Of a stretch of 64,000 bases of DNA, positions 42,888 through 52,986 are shown one piece after another. The position numbers and the translations under genes are program-made. Origin of the DNA: an uncultured Acidobacteriota bacterium (GTDB taxonomy: Bacteria; Acidobacteriota; Thermoanaerobaculia; Multivoradales; UBA5704); assembly GCA_963700145.1 (NCBI GenBank), contig OY969474.1, forward strand, positions 1,632,001 to 1,696,000. Reading direction: 5' to 3'. The first letter of the stretch is position 1. Each line of letters begins with the position of its first letter. A model generated the notes under the pieces. That model ran no database searches, was not told where the DNA came from, and worked only from the letters and a program-made list of their open reading frames with translations.

Positions 42888-44579
42888 CTAGAGATCGACG
42901 TCCAGGTCGCTCCAGAGCATGGTCCCCGACAGCGCGTCGTGGATGCCGAAGACCACCCGCTGGTCGATGCGCCGGAGCTTGAGATTGACCTGGAAGCGCA
43001 CGGCGCTGCCGGGGCGGGGCGGCTCCGCCAGGTCGAGCCGCAACGGCAGCAGCGGCAGCGGCGAGCGCCCGCCCCAGCGGTCGAGCGCGGCGAGCGAGAG
43101 GGTGACCTCGGCGCGGAAGCCCTTCCCGGCCGGGTAGATGGTCAGCGCCTCGCTCGGCACCGAGATCGTCACCGGCAGGCGCGTCATGCGCCCGCCGGCG
43201 CGGGTCGCCTTCCCCACCCCCACCTGCAGCTTGCGGTCGGCCTCGCGGCCGCCGAAGAGCAGCACGCTCTCGGTGCGGCGCGCCGTCTCGCTCGCCCGCG
43301 AGAGGTCGGTGAAGCCGCTGCGGGTGCGCACGCGGAGGCCGGGACGCAGCACCTCGACCCGCACCTCGTGGCGCCGGTCGTTCGCCTGCCAGGTGGGGGT
43401 GAAGCCGAGCCAGTAGTAGGAGCGGGTGTCGTCGGCCACGCGCTCGAGGGCGGCCAGGCGGGAGTTGTCGAGCAGCGGTGCGCCGCCGGTCTCGGCGGCC
43501 AGGAAGCGCAGCGCGTCGTGCGTCTCCTGCTCCCACTCCGAGGTGAACGCGCCGCGGCCCGGGACCTGGTCCTCGGCGTCGGCGATGACCGACCGGATGT
43601 CGCGCCCCTGCACGTCCACCGCATAGATCGTGTAGCCGAGCAGGTTCGCGGTGTCGGCGAGGGGGCGGTAGACGTCCTGGCCGTACGCGAGGTACGCCGT
43701 ACTGGTGAGGGAACGGCCGGGCTCGCGCAGGTCGTCGTGCGCCGAGTAGGGCCAGGCGCCGGCGAGGAGCAGCATGATCTTGCGCCCTTCGGCGGGCGGC
43801 ACGCCGCGCAGCGCCGCCGCCGCCGCCGACACTGCTCCCTGGACACGGCTCGACAGATCCGGCCATCGCTCTCCGACCCGCGCCGCCTCTCTGCCGGTCG
43901 ACGCCGCGTACACTCCCGGCAGCGGTGCGTCGAGCGCCGCTTGGCGCCTGCCGCCGCCGATGGGTGCCATCGCCAGCGCCGACTCGCGGCGCAGCGAACG
44001 GCGGTTCGCGACCACCTCGATCCCGCGCGCCGGGCGGCGCCGCGCCTCCGCCAGACCGGCCTGCAGCAGGCGGGCGTCGCCCGTCCACTCGCTGAGCAGA
44101 TCCAGCCGGCGCCCGTCGAAGGCGACGATCGCCATGCGATCCTCTGGCGCCAGGCGCGACAGCTCCCGCCCGAGCTCGTCGAGCACCTGGTTGCGCTGCG
44201 CGGCGACGGCGAAGCTCTCGTCGACGAAGACCAGGATGCTGCGGCCGATCCGGCCGTCGGCGGACGGGACCGGAGCGGCGGCGACCGTCGGCGGCGGCGC
44301 CGCGCTCTCGCCCTCGACCACCTCGGTGAAGTAATCGATCGCGACCGGCGCGCCGTCGACGAGGAGCCGGAAGTCGGCGGGCCCGAGCCCGCGGACGCGC
44401 TCGCCGGCGCGGTCGGCGACGACCGCCTCGACGTTCACCACGCGCACGTCGACGGCGTCGCCGAACCCCGCGTCGGCCGCTGGGGCCGCGGCGGCGGAGA
44501 CGGAGACACCGGACAGGAAAGGGAGGGCCGCGGCGACCGCGGCGAGGGCGAGGCGCTGGGGGCGGCTGGAGAGAGTCAT
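42888..44579 (-). CDS. Acidobacterial VWA-domain exported protein 3
   Basis: DVRVVNVEAVV, GRKIMLLLAGAWP, ETGG, DTRSYYWLGF; AGGAGG RBS. Confidence 0.9.
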   Translation of the reverse strand: MTLSSRPQRLALAAVAAALPFLSGVSVSAAAAPAADAGFGDAVDVRVVNVEAVVADRAGERVRGLGPADFRLLVDGAPVAIDYFTEVVEGESAAPPPTVAAAPVPSADGRIGRSILVFVDESFAVAAQRNQVLDELGRELSRLAPEDRMAIVAFDGRRLDLLSEWTGDARLLQAGLAEARRRPARGIEVVANRRSLRRESALAMAPIGGGRRQAALDAPLPGVYAASTGREAARVGERWPDLSSRVQGAVSAAAAALRGVPPAEGRKIMLLLAGAWPYSAHDDLREPGRSLTSTAYLAYGQDVYRPLADTANLLGYTIYAVDVQGRDIRSVIADAEDQVPGRGAFTSEWEQETHDALRFLAAETGGAPLLDNSRLAALERVADDTRSYYWLGFTPTWQANDRRHEVRVEVLRPGLRVRTRSGFTDLSRASETARRTESVLLFGGREADRKLQVGVGKATRAGGRMTRLPVTISVPSEALTIYPAGKGFRAEVTLSLAALDRWGGRSPLPLLPLRLDLAEPPRPGSAVRFQVNLKLRRIDQRVVFGIHDALSGTMLWSDLDVDL

Positions 44580-44626
44580 GGATCTCCTCCTGGCTGGGAC
44601 CGCGTTCGAATCTGCAACCTGCTTGA

Positions 44627-44641
44627 TCAAGAAAGGTGCCA
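44627..44641 (-). promoter_or_regulatory. Possible sigma-54 promoter for the VWA cluster
   Basis: TGGCAC-ctttc-TTGA versus consensus TGGCAC-N5-TTGC (mismatch at the conserved -12 C). Confidence 0.3.
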
Positions 44642-44736
44642 GGCGGCGTTCGCTCGACGGCCGCCGGCCGTCAAGCCTTTCACGTCCTCCGTGCAGGACG
44701 GGTCCGTGTCTCGTGGGGTCCGCGCGCCAGCGCCGC

Positions 44737-45759
44737 TCAGGAGGGCGATGACGGCGCGGGGACGGCGAGGCGGGTCAGCAGGTGGGCGACGATGCGCGGG
44801 CCGTGGTCGCGGGAGTTCTCGATGAAGATCTTGTCGGTCTGCCGCCCCGCCTGGAGGGTGCCGGCGATGTAGAGGCCGGGGACGTTCGACTCGCAGGTCT
44901 CGGGGTCGAAGCGCGGCACCAGGGTCTCGGGGTCTACCTCGACACCGCAGCGGCGCTGGAAGTCGGCGTCCGGCAGATAGCCGATCAGCACGTAGACGGC
45001 CTGCGCCGGCAGCAGCTCCGGCCCCGCCGGCGTGCGCACCTCGACCGTGCCGTCCGGCCGAAAGGCGCAGACCACGCTGTCGAAGAGGGCGCGGATCGAG
45101 CCCTCCTCGATGCGGTTCTCGACGTCCGGCTTGAGCCAGTACTTGACCCCGGCCTTGAGCTCGGAGCGGCGGTGCACCAGGGTGACCCGCGCGCCGCCGT
45201 TGCGCCAGAGCTCGAGCGCCGCCTCGGCCGCGGTGTTGCCGGCGCCGACGACGACCACGTCCTGGCTGTAGTGCGGGAAGGGCTCGACGTAGCGGTGGCG
45301 CACCCAGGGGAGGTCCTCCCCCGGCACGTCGAGCCGCTTGGGGCCGAAGAAGTAGCCGGTGGCGATCGCCACCGCGCGCGCCCGGCGGGTGCGCCGGCGG
45401 CCGTCGCGCACCGCGGCCGTCTCGACGGCGAACTCCTCCCCCTCGCGACGCGCCACCAGCACCTCCTCGTAGAGCGCCAGCGGCACCTGGTAGCGCTCGA
45501 CGACGGCGCGGTAGTAGGCCAGGGCGTCGCGGCGGGTGGGCTTGGCCTCCGGGATCGTGAAGGGAACGTCGGCGATCTCCAGGCGCTCGCGGGTGGTGAA
45601 GAACTCCAGGAAGGTCGGGTAAGCCTGGATGGCGGCGGTGAGCGAGCCGCGATCGACGAGCAGGACGTCGAGCCCCGCGCGCCGCGCCTCGGCGCCGATG
45701 GCGATGCCCGTGGGGCCCGCGCCGACGACCAGGAGGTCGAGGAGGTCAGTCGTAGACAT
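44737..45759 (-). CDS. ypdA: YpdA-family flavoprotein disulfide reductase
   Basis: VGAGPTG, FFTT.ERLEI..PF, AL.YYR, VKYWLKPDVENRIEEG, KIFIENSRDHG. Confidence 0.88.
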   Translation of the reverse strand: MSTTDLLDLLVVGAGPTGIAIGAEARRAGLDVLLVDRGSLTAAIQAYPTFLEFFTTRERLEIADVPFTIPEAKPTRRDALAYYRAVVERYQVPLALYEEVLVARREGEEFAVETAAVRDGRRRTRRARAVAIATGYFFGPKRLDVPGEDLPWVRHRYVEPFPHYSQDVVVVGAGNTAAEAALELWRNGGARVTLVHRRSELKAGVKYWLKPDVENRIEEGSIRALFDSVVCAFRPDGTVEVRTPAGPELLPAQAVYVLIGYLPDADFQRRCGVEVDPETLVPRFDPETCESNVPGLYIAGTLQAGRQTDKIFIENSRDHGPRIVAHLLTRLAVPAPSSPS

Positions 45760-46573
45760 GGCTTTGCCAAAGATGGTCCACCGGCCCCCGCCCGCCGCCC
45801 AGCGGATAGGCGGCGCGTAGCGCGCCCTGCAGATACTCGATCCCGCCGCGCACCGCCTCGGCCAGCGGCTCGCCGGCACCGAGGCGGGCGGCGATGGCGG
45901 AGGAGAGCGTGCAGCCGGTGCCGTGGTCGGAGGTCGTGGCAATCCGCGGGTGGGCGAAGCGGTGGACCTCGTCGCCGTCCACCAGCAGGTCCACGACCTC
46001 GTCCCCCGCCACGTGCCCTCCCTTCGCCAACACGGCAGGCCCGCCGCCAGCTGCCAGTTCCCGCGCCGCCGCCAGCCGCTCCGCCTCCCCCTCCCCCACC
46101 TGTCTTCCCGCCAGCCGCTCCAGCTCCGGCAGGTTGGGCGTTACGAGCGTCGCGAGCGGCAGCAGCTCCTCGACGATCGCCGCCACGGCGTCGTCGGCGA
46201 GCAGCGGGTCGCCGCTCTTCGCCACCATGACCGGGTCGAGCACCACCGGCGGTCGCGGCCGCGGCCCGGGTCCGAGCCAGGCGCGCAGCCGCGCCGCCAC
46301 GGCACGGACGACGCCCTCGTCGGCCAGCATGCCGATCTTCACCGCGTCCACCCCGAGATCCTCGAAGACAGCGTCGATCTGTGCCGCCACGAAGTCGGGC
46401 GGCGCCGCGTGGACCGCCCGCACGCCACGGGTGTTCTGGGCGGTCAGCGCGGTCACCGCGCTCATGCCGTAGGCGCCGTGGGCGGCGAAGGTCTTCAAGT
46501 CGGCCTGGATGCCGGCCCCTCCTCCCGAGTCCGAGCCGGCGATGGTGAGGAGCCGAGGCGGGGTGCGGCGCAC
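45746..46573 (-). CDS. thiD: Hydroxymethylpyrimidine/phosphomethylpyrimidine kinase
   Basis: [42 protein letters not shown]. Confidence 0.95.
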   Translation of the reverse strand: MRRTPPRLLTIAGSDSGGGAGIQADLKTFAAHGAYGMSAVTALTAQNTRGVRAVHAAPPDFVAAQIDAVFEDLGVDAVKIGMLADEGVVRAVAARLRAWLGPGPRPRPPVVLDPVMVAKSGDPLLADDAVAAIVEELLPLATLVTPNLPELERLAGRQVGEGEAERLAAARELAAGGGPAVLAKGGHVAGDEVVDLLVDGDEVHRFAHPRIATTSDHGTGCTLSSAIAARLGAGEPLAEAVRGGIEYLQGALRAAYPLGGGRGPVDHLWQSHVYD

Positions 46574-46576
46574 GGC

Positions 46577-47425
46577 TCAGCGCGACGTCGAGGCGCGCGG
46601 CGGGGCCGAGGCCGGCCGCGCCGTCGCGGCCGCCGCGCGGACCACGCCGCGCCGCCGCCAGGCGAGGACGCCGACGGCGAGCAGCACCGCCACGCTGATC
46701 ACCTGCGCCAGCGTGAACTCGCCGAAGAAGCGGTCGTCCTTGGCGCGCAGGAACTCGATCCCGAAGCGCTCGATCGCCAGCAGAGCGATGACCGCCAGCG
46801 TCGTCGTCCCCGGCGTTACCCGGCGGCGCAGCAGCCAGACGCCGAAGCCCCAGATCAGCAGCGCCAGCGCGGTTTCGTAGAGCTGCGTCGGGTGGACGGG
46901 CAGGAGGGCGTCGGGCGCGACGCCGGACGGCACCTCCGCGCCCATCGCCCGCAGGTTGGCGGCGGTGGGGAGCGGCACCCCTTCGGGGAAGACGACGCCG
47001 ACCGGCAGGTCGGTCGGGCGGCCGTAGTCGTCGCCGACCAGGAAGCAGCCGAGGCGCCCGACGGCGTAGCCGAGCGCCAGCGCCGGGGCGAGCGCGTCGG
47101 AGGTCGGCCAGGGCGGCAGCCGCCGCAGCCGCATGACGACCAGGAGCAACACGACGGCGAGGACGAAGCCGCCGTACCAGACCAGCCCCGAGCGGTCGAA
47201 GAGCAGGCGCCAGTCGTCGTAGAGGATCGCGTAGTACACCTTGGCGCCGACGATCCCCCCGAGGCCGGCGGCCAGCAGCAGCGCGCTGGCGTCGTCGTCG
47301 TCGCCCACCCCCAGCCGCACCAGGCCCCAGCGGAGCTGGAAATAGCCGGCCAGGAAGGCCAGCACCAGCATCACCCCGAAGGGGCTGATCGAGAACGAGC
47401 CGATGCGGAAGAGCTCCTGGATCAT
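46577..47425 (-). CDS. lgt: Prolipoprotein diacylglyceryl transferase
   Basis: GLVWYGG, GRLGCFL.GD.YG, HPTQLYE, RF.IEFLR. Confidence 0.93.
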   Translation of the reverse strand: MIQELFRIGSFSISPFGVMLVLAFLAGYFQLRWGLVRLGVGDDDDASALLLAAGLGGIVGAKVYYAILYDDWRLLFDRSGLVWYGGFVLAVVLLLVVMRLRRLPPWPTSDALAPALALGYAVGRLGCFLVGDDYGRPTDLPVGVVFPEGVPLPTAANLRAMGAEVPSGVAPDALLPVHPTQLYETALALLIWGFGVWLLRRRVTPGTTTLAVIALLAIERFGIEFLRAKDDRFFGEFTLAQVISVAVLLAVGVLAWRRRGVVRAAAATARPASAPPRASTSR

Positions 47426-47541
47426 GGGGGGCGGAATCGTAGCAGAAGGCTAGGAGCGTCCCGCTGACGCGGGACGGACAGTGCTCCTAGCGTTGATTAG
47501 AGCCCGGCGCGAAAGCCTTCGCGCCTTAGAATCCCCCCTTC

Positions 47542-48609
47542 ATGATTACCGACGCCACGCGCGAGCGCGCCGCGGAGCTGCGGCGGGTGGTCGAGGCGCC
47601 GCCCGCGGGGCCCTGGCTCGTCCTCACCCACGACAACCCGGACCCCGACGCGCTGGCCTCGGCGGCGCTGCTCGAGCACCTCCTGACCGAGGTCTGGAAG
47701 CGCCGCGTCACCGTCGCCTACGGCGGCATCGTCGGCCGCGCCGAGAACCGGGAGATGGTCAAGACGCTGCGGCTCGAGCTCGCCCACGTGCGCGGCCTCG
47801 ACTTCGGCCGCTTCCGCCGCTTCGCCCTGGTCGACAGCCAGCCGCGCACCGGCAACAACCAGCTCCCCGACCGCATCGTCCCCGACCTCGTTTTCGACCA
47901 CCACCCGCTGCGCAAGGCGACCCTCGCCGCGCGCTTCGCCGACGTCCGCCCGAAGTACGGCGCCACCGCCACCATCCTCACCGAGCACCTGCTGGCCGCC
48001 GGCGTCCGCCCGGGCCGGGCCCTCGCCACCGCGCTGGTCTACGCCATCCGCTCCGAGACCCAGGACTTCAGCCGTGAGTTCGCCCCTCCGGACAAGGCGA
48101 TGTACGACGCCTTCCTCCCGGAGATCAACCAGCGGGCGCTGGGGCGCATCCAGAACGCGCCGCTGCCGCTCGGCTACCTGCGCAACCTCCACGACGCGCT
48201 GGAGAACCTGGAGACCGTCTCCAACCTGATCGTCAGCCACCTCGGGCCGGTCGACCACCCGGACATCGTCCCCGAGGTGGCCGATCTCCTCCTCCGCCTC
48301 GAAGGGATGACCTGGTCGCTCGCCACCGGCCTCCACGGCGACCGCATCTACCTCTCGCTCCGCACCACCAACGGCCGCGCCGACGCCGGCCGGGTGATGC
48401 GCGCCCTCGTCGGCCGACGCGGCAAGGGCGGCGGCCACGGCATGATGGCGGGGGGCTGGGTCGAGACGGCGAAGGCCGCGAACGGCGACGTCAAGCAGCT
48501 CCAGCGGCAGCTCGGGCAGCGGCTCGCAGCCCTGCTGCGCAAGAACCCGGAAAAGCTGGCCCGCATCGAGCTCAAGCGGGTCGAGGCCGAGCCGCCCCCG
48601 GCGGGCTGA
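47542..48609 (+). CDS. DHH-family phosphoesterase
   Basis: HDNPDPDA, FDHHP, GGGH. Confidence 0.92.
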   Translation: MITDATRERAAELRRVVEAPPAGPWLVLTHDNPDPDALASAALLEHLLTEVWKRRVTVAYGGIVGRAENREMVKTLRLELAHVRGLDFGRFRRFALVDSQPRTGNNQLPDRIVPDLVFDHHPLRKATLAARFADVRPKYGATATILTEHLLAAGVRPGRALATALVYAIRSETQDFSREFAPPDKAMYDAFLPEINQRALGRIQNAPLPLGYLRNLHDALENLETVSNLIVSHLGPVDHPDIVPEVADLLLRLEGMTWSLATGLHGDRIYLSLRTTNGRADAGRVMRALVGRRGKGGGHGMMAGGWVETAKAANGDVKQLQRQLGQRLAALLRKNPEKLARIELKRVEAEPPPAG

Positions 48610-48629
48610 CAGCAGCCGGGGGCCGGCTC

Positions 48630-51386
48630 CTACGGCTGCTGCACGATCCTCACGTCGTCCACCGCCGCCTCCACCAAGCTCGCGGTCGCGGCGTCGGCGG
48701 CCTCGATGCGGATGCGCACCGTCTGCCCGGCAAACGAGCTGATGTTGACGCTGTGCGGCGCCCAGACCGCGTCGTCGTCGTTGCCGGCCCCCAGCTCCTC
48801 GAGCACCAGCGACGTTGTCGTCCCGACCACGCGGACGCGCAGGAAGTCGGCGGTCGAGGCGTTGCTGCCGTGGGCCATGTAATAGCTGAAGGAGAGGCTC
48901 AGCGTGCCGGTCGACGGCAGGGCGATCGCCGGCGACTGGATCGTTGTGGTGCCGCCGTCGAGGTCGTGCACGCCGGCCGAGCTGCCGGCCAGCCGCCCGG
49001 TCACCAGGTCGTTGACGCCGGAGATGGTGGTGCCGAGCTGCTTGGGCCCGGAGGAATTGGTGTCCTCGGGGTTGCCGCGCTCCCAGAGGCCGGTCGTCGC
49101 GGTGTCTGTGCCGAGCGGGTTGCGCGTCCACCCGCGGTCGATCTCGAAGTCATCGGAGAAGACCGTTACCGGCGGGTTGCCGGCGCCCTCCGTGGCGGCG
49201 CCGGTCACGACCAAAGCGAAAGGCTGCGGCCCGCTGGGCACGGCGAAGGAGCGGACGGTGACCGTGTAGGTGCCGGTCGCCGGGGTCAGCAGCAGCACCT
49301 GCTCCAGCGTATTGCGGCGGTCGGCGCTGCCGCCGGTCGCCGACTGCCCGCCCGAGAAGACGTTGCCGCGCCAGACGGTGCCGGTCGGACCGGTGACGAT
49401 CAGGTCGAGGTCGTTGACCAGGTTGACGCTCGCCGCCGGCGTCGAGGGGAAATCGGTCCAGGCGGCGGTGACCTTGAAGGGCTCGGCGCCGCTCGAGACC
49501 GTGAAGGTGAAGGTGCGGTCCTCGTTGGTCGAGCCGGTCGGGAAGGCGGCGGCGTTGTCCTTGGCCCAGAGGCGGCGCGGCTGGCCGGCGAAATGGAGGA
49601 CGTTCTCGAGCAGCACCCGCCCCCAGCCCTGGCAGTTGGCGGGGATCGCCGTCGTGCCGGTCATGTTGATCGCGGAGTTGACCAGCGCCGCCTTCATCAG
49701 CGCCGCCGAGGGCGCGAAGCCGTTGGCCGGCACCTCGGTGCCCGAGGGGTACCACCCGTCGGTGAAGTACTGGCGGATGAGCGCGGTGAGCCCCGCCGCC
49801 CCCGGCGTCGCCATGCTGGTGCCGCTCGAGCTCTTGGTGCCGCAGTTGTTGGTGGTGACGTTGAGGTCGTTGTTGGCCGAGATGATCCCCGACCCCGGCA
49901 CCGTGACGTCGGGCTTGATCCGCCCGTCGGCGGTCGGGCCGCAGCTCGAGAAGGAAGCCATCGAGTTGGCGCTCGTGCCGCGCAGCGTGGCGCCCACCGA
50001 GACGCCGCTCTTGGCGGTCGAGGGACTGCCGACGGTGCCCGTCCCGGGGCCGCCGTTGCCGGCGGCGAAGAAGACCAGGAAGTCCTTGTGGTTCCACATG
50101 AACTCGTCGACGTCCTGGCTGCCGTTCGAGTAGTTGTTCTGCACTGCCGCGTTCTCGTTGTCGCCCCAGGAGTTGGAGTGGAAGCGCGCGCCCTGGGTGT
50201 AGGTCTGCTGGAAGATCGGGTTCAAGTCCACGACCGGGCAGCCGATCCCCGGCAGGTCGCCGCAGTTGTCGACCAGGTAGCCGGCGTCCTGCATCACCAG
50301 CTTCGCGCCCGGCGCCATGCCGTCGGCGGTGTCGTGCAGCAGCGGGTTGGCGAAGTTGTCCCCCGCTGCCGTGCCGGCGACGTGGCTGCCGTGGTCCTGG
50401 GTGTCCCACTCGGTCGAGGAGATGCCGCCGTTGCACTCGCTCTGCCAGAGAAAGTCGACGGCGATCACCTTGCGCTGGCTCGCGTTGACCGTCGTGCCGC
50501 CGTTGCAGGCGTTGGTCGGGGGCAGGCCGAGAGCGGTGTCGCGGAACCAGCACATGTCGGCGTCGATGCCGGTGTCGAGGATGGCGATCGTCTGCCCCTC
50601 GCCGAAGATCCCCTGGCTGAAGATCGGCGTCGTCTGTCCGCCGGAGAGCCCGGACTGCCCCACCCAGACTGTGGTGTCGTTGAGCAGCGCCCGCCGCGGC
50701 TCGAGCTCGATCCAGAAGACTTCGGAGAGGGCGGCGAGCGAGTCGCGGAGGGAGGCGATCTCGGCCGGCGTCAGCAGCAGGCGGAGGCGCGAGAAGCTCG
50801 CGCGCTGGCGCCAGGCGACGACGCCGGGGACGCCGAGCCCGCGCAGGTGGTGCGCCAGCCCGCGCGCGTCGGCCTCGGGGAAGAGGTGGAGCATGACCAT
50901 CCGGTAGTCCGGCGCGGCGACCGCCTCGATGGCCGGATCGCCGCCGGCGGCGGCGTCCTCGCCGCCCAGCGCCGCGACGGCGCGGGAGACCTTGTAGTCG
51001 GGTAGGTAGGCCCCGACCCAGCTCGCGCCGAGCCGCGCCAGGCCCGCGCGGTCGGCGCGCCACCCCGCCGGGGCCCGCACCAGGAAGGCGTCGTGGGGCA
51101 GGTAGGTGTAGACGCGCAGCCCTTCCCGGCGCATCGCCTCGGCCTGCCAGCCGGCGATCGGGCGCGGGAACTTGAGGAGCAGGACCTCGCCCGCCGCGGC
51201 GCCCGCGGCCTCCCCGGCGCTCGCCGCCTCGTGCGCCGGCTGCGGCCGGCGCGTGTCGATGGTCTGCGACTCGAGGAGGATGAGCGGCGACTCCGCGGCC
51301 TCGCGCTGGGCGAGGGCGGGCACCGCCGGGGTCAGGAGGACGAGCGCGGCGACGAGCAGGCGAAGCGGCGAGCCGGACGGGTGCAT
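48630..51386 (-). CDS. Secreted S8 subtilase (Kp43-like) with C-terminal beta domains
   Basis: Catalytic LDTG, HGSHVAGT, GTSMATP; AAGN; signal peptide; GAGG RBS. Confidence 0.93.
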   Translation of the reverse strand: MHPSGSPLRLLVAALVLLTPAVPALAQREAAESPLILLESQTIDTRRPQPAHEAASAGEAAGAAAGEVLLLKFPRPIAGWQAEAMRREGLRVYTYLPHDAFLVRAPAGWRADRAGLARLGASWVGAYLPDYKVSRAVAALGGEDAAAGGDPAIEAVAAPDYRMVMLHLFPEADARGLAHHLRGLGVPGVVAWRQRASFSRLRLLLTPAEIASLRDSLAALSEVFWIELEPRRALLNDTTVWVGQSGLSGGQTTPIFSQGIFGEGQTIAILDTGIDADMCWFRDTALGLPPTNACNGGTTVNASQRKVIAVDFLWQSECNGGISSTEWDTQDHGSHVAGTAAGDNFANPLLHDTADGMAPGAKLVMQDAGYLVDNCGDLPGIGCPVVDLNPIFQQTYTQGARFHSNSWGDNENAAVQNNYSNGSQDVDEFMWNHKDFLVFFAAGNGGPGTGTVGSPSTAKSGVSVGATLRGTSANSMASFSSCGPTADGRIKPDVTVPGSGIISANNDLNVTTNNCGTKSSSGTSMATPGAAGLTALIRQYFTDGWYPSGTEVPANGFAPSAALMKAALVNSAINMTGTTAIPANCQGWGRVLLENVLHFAGQPRRLWAKDNAAAFPTGSTNEDRTFTFTVSSGAEPFKVTAAWTDFPSTPAASVNLVNDLDLIVTGPTGTVWRGNVFSGGQSATGGSADRRNTLEQVLLLTPATGTYTVTVRSFAVPSGPQPFALVVTGAATEGAGNPPVTVFSDDFEIDRGWTRNPLGTDTATTGLWERGNPEDTNSSGPKQLGTTISGVNDLVTGRLAGSSAGVHDLDGGTTTIQSPAIALPSTGTLSLSFSYYMAHGSNASTADFLRVRVVGTTTSLVLEELGAGNDDDAVWAPHSVNISSFAGQTVRIRIEAADAATASLVEAAVDDVRIVQQP

Positions 51387-51474
51387 GGTTTCCCTCCTCT
51401 GAAGGAAGGGGTGCAGGAAAGGCGTGCCCGCGAGCCGGCTCCGGCGAGCAGCGCGGCGCGGAGCAGGGCGCGCC

Positions 51475-52833
51475 TCAGGGCGCCGCCCCCCGCTGCCGCA
51501 GGAGCGCGGCCACCCGCCGGCTCGCCATCGACTCGGGCGGCTCGCCCCAGCGGTTGATCGCCGTCTCGCGGTTGGCGCCGGCGTCGAGGAGCTGGCGGAC
51601 GACGGCGCAGTAGTCACGGTCGTTGCCGGGACGGGCGTTGGTCGAGCCGTGCGCCGCCCAGGCCAGCGGCGAGCAGCCGTAGGTGGCGTCGCGGACGTTG
51701 ACCGGCGCGCCGAGCGCGAGCAGCAGCCGCACCATCGCCGGGTTGCCGTGCCAGGCGGTGTGGTGCAGCGGCGTGCCGCCCCAGGCGCCCTCCCACGCGA
51801 GGTCGAAGCCCAGCTCGGCCATCAGGCGCACGCTGGCCTCCCGCCCCTCCTCGGCGGCGAGGGCGAAGGCTTGCCGGTCTTCGGGCGTCAGCTCGGCGAG
51901 GAGGTCCGGGTGGCGCGCCAGGACGGCCCGCGCCGCCGTTTCGTCGGCCGCCATGCAGGCGCCGAGGAACTCGTCGACGGGAGCGCGGCGGCCGGCATCG
52001 GCGCCGCGCGCCCGCAGGAAGTCCGCCATCGCGGCGTTGCCGGCGCGGACGGCGAGGACGTACGGCGTGCGGCCGTCGGCGCGCGGCGCGTCGAGCGCGG
52101 CGCCGTGGGCGAGGAGCAGCTCGGCCGCCGCCGGGCCGTGGCCGTAGGCGGCGAGGCGGTGGAGCGGCGTCTCGCGCGTCTCGTAGCTCGTGACGTTGGG
52201 GTCGGCGCCGTGCTCGAGGAGCCAGCGCATCCCCGCCCTCGCGGTGACGTGGTTGGGGTGGAACTCCTTCCAGCCGGCGAGGTAGTAGAGCGGCGTGTTG
52301 TTCCAGTGCGGGTGGCGTGCGCTCGGGTCGGCGCCGTGGGCGAGCAGCAGCTCGAGGCAGCCGCGGTGGTCGAGCTCCGCGGCGTGGTAGAGGGACTCGC
52401 CGTCGTTGGGCTCGGCGCCGCGCGCCAGCAGCAGGCCGACGAGCGGTACGTTGTCGCCGACGCAGGCCCAGTAGAGGGCCGGGATGCGGCTGTTGGGGTC
52501 GCTCGCGTCGAAGAGGGTGTGGTCGTTGGGGCCGGCGCCGGCGTCGAGGAGGAGCTCGGCGTAGCGCAGGATGCCCGCCGCGCGCTCCGGGCTCGCGGCA
52601 TGAAGCGGCGAGGCGCTGGCATAGAGGAGAGGCGTCCAGCCGTCGGGCTCGTGCCGGGCGGCGGCGAGCGCGGGCTCGGCGGCGAGCCGCGCGGCGACGG
52701 TGTCCGCCGCACCGGCTGCGGCGGCGGCGAAGAGATCGGCGCGGGCGACGCCGGGGTGCCGAGCGAGGAGCCGCTCGGCGGCGGCGCGGTCGTGCTCGCG
52801 CACAGCGGCGAGGAACCGCTCGGCCGCGCGCAC
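51475..52833 (-). CDS. Ankyrin-repeat protein
   Basis: Repeated TPL(H/Y)..LL..GADPN units. Confidence 0.9.
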   Translation of the reverse strand: MRAAERFLAAVREHDRAAAERLLARHPGVARADLFAAAAAGAADTVAARLAAEPALAAARHEPDGWTPLLYASASPLHAASPERAAGILRYAELLLDAGAGPNDHTLFDASDPNSRIPALYWACVGDNVPLVGLLLARGAEPNDGESLYHAAELDHRGCLELLLAHGADPSARHPHWNNTPLYYLAGWKEFHPNHVTARAGMRWLLEHGADPNVTSYETRETPLHRLAAYGHGPAAAELLLAHGAALDAPRADGRTPYVLAVRAGNAAMADFLRARGADAGRRAPVDEFLGACMAADETAARAVLARHPDLLAELTPEDRQAFALAAEEGREASVRLMAELGFDLAWEGAWGGTPLHHTAWHGNPAMVRLLLALGAPVNVRDATYGCSPLAWAAHGSTNARPGNDRDYCAVVRQLLDAGANRETAINRWGEPPESMASRRVAALLRQRGAAP

Positions 52834-52836
52834 CGC

Positions 52837-52986
52837 TCAGCGCTTCTCCGCCGCCAGGCGCTTGAGGAGCTGGACCTGCCCGGCGTGGTAGAGGTCGTGG
52901 GCCGCGATCCCAGTGCAGGAAGGCCGGTCGAACGCCTGGTCGAGGAGGGCGAGGAGGAGGTCGCGCTCGCCCGCGGCGCCGCTCAT
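52837..52986 (-). pseudogene. Internally deleted DinB-family gene (49 aa)
   Basis: LLALLDQAFDRPS joined almost directly to GIAAHDLYHAGQVQLLKRL. Confidence 0.65.

Noticed and set aside
40932-44825. Very long opposite-strand or alternate-frame ORFs (e.g. 1297 aa here, 1124 aa at 56263, 939 aa at 16657)
   Set aside because: Shadow ORFs of real genes in high-GC DNA; Arg/Gly/Ala-rich with no recognisable motifs.
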